From the IMG/VR virus record IMGVR_UViG_3300046007_001549: a stretch of 20,000 nt of DNA. One strand, written 5' to 3'. The position numbers were made by a program, and so were the translations under genes. The first letter of the stretch is position 1; every line of letters begins with the position of its first letter. Below the pieces are notes generated by a model that was not told the origin of the DNA, ran no database searches, and worked only from the letters and a program-made list of their open reading frames with translations. Of this stretch, positions 19,301 through 20,000 are shown piece after piece. Source of the DNA: an uncultured virus (IMG/VR IMGVR_UViG_3300046007_001549). Lineage: Duplodnaviria; Heunggongvirae; Uroviricota; Caudoviricetes.

Positions 19301-19343
19301 TATGGGTGGCGCTATTTGCATTGAGTATTTTGTAATAGAATAA
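13392..19343 (+). CDS. Long tail fiber (T7 gp17-type N-terminal anchor, repetitive shaft, glycine-rich C-terminal domain)
   Basis: IVRRKT....V.WTPGS.LT..QLN....QLLF.VQE anchor signature, AVTxAK and HTH repeats, and C-terminal SGTWTVP...ITVTVFGGGGGG glycine-rich domain. Confidence 0.92.
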   Translation: MSYSNITVVTSQGTYGYSVGATTFNPILYNTLDLIPGIPHNAQLEVERIFSIDRNGVTATIPDFLNDTNVSVVDKQNVFIIPSDRITYDTTGNRIVNVNLPASGPDVYNFSYVPISGPNAGTTQTIAVPQLREGDNIIVRRKTVSNTSLVLWTPGSKLTTAQLNLNTTQLLFLVQEILNKVTIVSVSTEQILDNAITSPKILNKAVTFAKLQDLSGPLKLLGSGSDPINFRDVREMSVGPGFDVTGNTIDVKPLPAGQRNDIEVVSPLTDWRINPNAVTYSKMQDVTAASRLIGRGSAAGSGDPQELTVGSSLSMVGTQLNVTTPLTDGNKGDLTVGSNGTTFTINTGAVITADLADHAVTYAKMQLSLTGNRVLGTTTADSHISEVQINADMIATAAVTNAKLANGSVSSSNLQAGSVLTNAINNNAVTYDKLQTVVTANRVLGSTAANGTVSEVQVNTNMVVDNAVSFPKMQQIPSNTLLGRAASGTGNVETIAITAAGRELIDENSVADMRQYLQLGTAALEAVAFFAPAVHSHGSINSAGQIGTTPNLPLITSSNGLISTGTFGTTVSTFCQGNDARLSDARTPLAHIHPISDVTNLQTELNAKALVGHTHVIADVANLQTNLDNKAAIAHTHTIAEVTNLQSSLDGKAATSHTHTISQVTNLQTELDNKAAVSHTHTIANVTGLQTALDGKAASSHTHAMSDITNLDTTLAGKANTTHTHAIGDVTGLQTALDAKIDDSQISAFGLTLIDDTTAAAARTTLELGSAATQASSAFAAASHTHTLAAITDAGTAASKFAPAIGVNATTTQVVMGDDTRLTNARTPTAHTHVLADITDAGTAAAKFAPAVGVNATTTQVVMGDDTRLTNARTPTAHIHVIGDITNLQTTLDGKAATSHTHSTTDITSGTLSVARGGTGVSTTPTAGQILIGNNTGFTLANILGGSNIAISNTPGGITISQVGEPVAPSAILADGTYGDITIAGNTWTVVNNAISGAKIANDAVTFGKIQNINTNTVLGRATAGTGDVEEITVTAAGRALLDDADAAAQRTTLGAAAASHTHAISDVTNLQASLDAKVDDSQISAFALTLLDDASAGTARATLGLGSSATLNISALGDAASGEVVTGSDSRLTNARTPVAHTHAISDVTNLQASLDAKVDDSQISSFALTILDDTDAASMRVTLGLGTAATQASTAFAAASHTHTISQVTNLQTSLDGKANTVHSHAISDVTNLQTTLDGKTNVGHTHGISNVTNLQTELNNKAALSHTHAISDVTNLQTALDGKAASSHTHVINDVTGLQTALNGKVNTSSVSTFGASLIDDATAADARTTLGLGTAATQPSTAFASASHTHSTSGYDNNSVTYAKIQKVATANRLLGSTTANADVAEVQVATDMVANLAITAGKIAASAVETAKINNLAVTSDKLADGAVTSNKLANGVVTYNKLQTVATANRVLGSTVAGGIVAEVQINANMLADGLVTTAKIADGNVTAAKLASGAAVANIGNGNITTALLADANVTTAKIANLAITTGLLANNAVTYGKMQAVATANRLLGSTTAGGAVSEVQVATDMVVDSAITADKLATNAVTNAKIASNAVTTAKIADGNVTLAKLPLSTTANRVLGTTTAGSAYTEVQIQTNMIADGAVTAAKLGTLSIGNSQLLDDAVSTSKIVNLAVTGAKLADNAVTDAKLRTGAATSVIGRSANTVGNVADIVASVDGQVLHRTGGTLQFGTLGTGSISDGAITPAKIANIAANRVLGTTSGTVEAVQVSTNMIADGAVTAAKTNFKVKKVTQVLTASSGTWTVPNNITNITVTVFGGGGGGSRGDQTNGFPVYQLPGKNGGSGGFGIVQLSVIPGNSYSYTIGSGGTGSNSGTGTNGGSTTFLGLTATGGLGAYGSGSFSIGSLPSGVTLDLNLTLFSSAPNTDIVIPNAPSGTAPSTFSLSSLYPPGVGGAAESGRDANNARGGMGGAICIEYFVIE
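14994..17453 (+). repeat. Coding repeats: 22-aa HxH units (SHTHxISxVTNLQxxLDGKA) and interspersed AARTTLGLG and DxRLTNARTP modules
   Basis: 66-nt periodic arrays at about 15160-15610 and 16990-17320. 20 HxH motifs counted (12 + 8). Confidence 0.9.
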
Positions 19344-19347
19344 TCCC

Positions 19348-19593
19348 ATGTCATCCTTCTATACCGACACAAGTTTAACTAGTCTCGGATATAGAGTCAA
19401 TTCTCAAAACTCAGATTTCTTCCTGAATCTTCAGGTCGATAATCCAAAGAAAAACGATCTATTAATGTTCAATGGATTGGTATGGAAACCAATCAACTTG
19501 ATAGATCTTCGTCCAGTTCTGGTACTTGAGGGTGGCTCTGCCTCCTCAAGCATACCAGCGGATACATTAATATTTGATGCAGAGGGGGCATAA
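19348..19593 (+). CDS. Small fiber-associated protein (81 aa)
   Basis: Fills the gap between two fiber genes. P...DLL.FNG..W motif of fiber shafts and EGGSAS/DAEGA C-terminal motifs. No clear SD. Confidence 0.6.
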   Translation: MSSFYTDTSLTSLGYRVNSQNSDFFLNLQVDNPKKNDLLMFNGLVWKPINLIDLRPVLVLEGGSASSSIPADTLIFDAEGA

Positions 19594-19595
19594 CA

Positions 19596-20000
19596 ATGTC
19601 AATACTGCTACAGATCCGCATTAGGCGGGATACATCAGCCAACTGGACTGCTCAAAACCCAATCCTTGGATCGGGTGAGCTAGGTTTAGATACGACTCTC
19701 AATATCCTGAAAGTTGGTGATGGAACTACAGCATGGTCTACTTTGCCTGCTGTAGTTGGAGGTTCCGGTGGAGCCTCAGATCACGGAACCCTTAGTGGAC
19801 TGTTAGATGATGATCATCCACAATACCTTACTCAAGGTCGTGGCGATTTAAGATACTCACTATTGGGTCATACACACGGCACAGGTAGCATTCTAGACAA
19901 TGCAATTACCTATGCTAAGCTGCAGGATACTACAGCTGCCTCTGTCCTATTGGGCAGAGGTAGCACTGCAGCGGGTGATCCACAAGAAATAACTTTGTTT
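19596..20000 (+). CDS. Second fiber protein with Mtd_N-like N-terminal domain (3' truncated; absent from ORF track)
   Basis: MSILLQIRIRRDTSANWTAQNPILGSGELGLDTTLNILKVGDGTTAWSTLP matches the major tropism determinant N-terminal pattern. It continues with DHG.L.GL.DDDHPQY, HTH and an AITYAKLQD...LLGRG...GDPQEIT repeat shared with fiber 1. Open to the window end. Confidence 0.88.
   Translation, partial: MSILLQIRIRRDTSANWTAQNPILGSGELGLDTTLNILKVGDGTTAWSTLPAVVGGSGGASDHGTLSGLLDDDHPQYLTQGRGDLRYSLLGHTHGTGSILDNAITYAKLQDTTAASVLLGRGSTAAGDPQEITLF

Noticed and set aside
13392..20000. Diversity-generating retroelement target
   Set aside because: No reverse transcriptase and no long repeat pair differing only at adenines in this window. 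Sequence beyond 20000 cannot be judged.
1..20000. Phage RNA polymerase promoters (T7-like ~23-mer)
   Set aside because: No repeated motif found upstream of the portal, scaffold, capsid or fiber genes. ATCTAGCC at about 1571 and 8560 is too short and also occurs in coding sequence.

Overview
20 kb of a T7-like podophage (Autographiviridae-type structural module), with all genes on the + strand. The left part is a nucleotide-metabolism block: C-terminus of a probable dNMP kinase, T7 gp6-like 5'-3' exonuclease, trimeric dUTPase and B12-dependent class II ribonucleotide reductase. The morphogenesis block follows: gp6.5-like and gp6.7/7.3-like small genes, portal, three translationally coupled lysine-rich small ORFs (two missing from the ORF track), scaffold, major capsid, terminator, tail tubular A, an oversized 1358-aa tail tubular B, a 1983-aa repeat-built tail fiber, an 81-aa protein and the start of a second Mtd_N-type fiber. 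Main surprises: (1) a 127-codon in-frame insertion in tail tubular B, flanked by a direct repeat, is a ~54% identical paralog of the fiber's N-terminal anchor domain; (2) the capsid 3' UTR holds a hairpin that sequesters two strong SD motifs, one a 16-nt complement of the 16S rRNA 3' end, with a 5-codon minigene; (3) a multi-arm RNA structure precedes the capsid gene; (4) CCWGG, ACGT and CTCGA/TCGAG appear absent from the whole window; (5) the fiber carries 20 HxH motifs and shares an exact 20-nt sequence with the second fiber. All family assignments rest on motif recognition, and all counts were done by hand without database searches.
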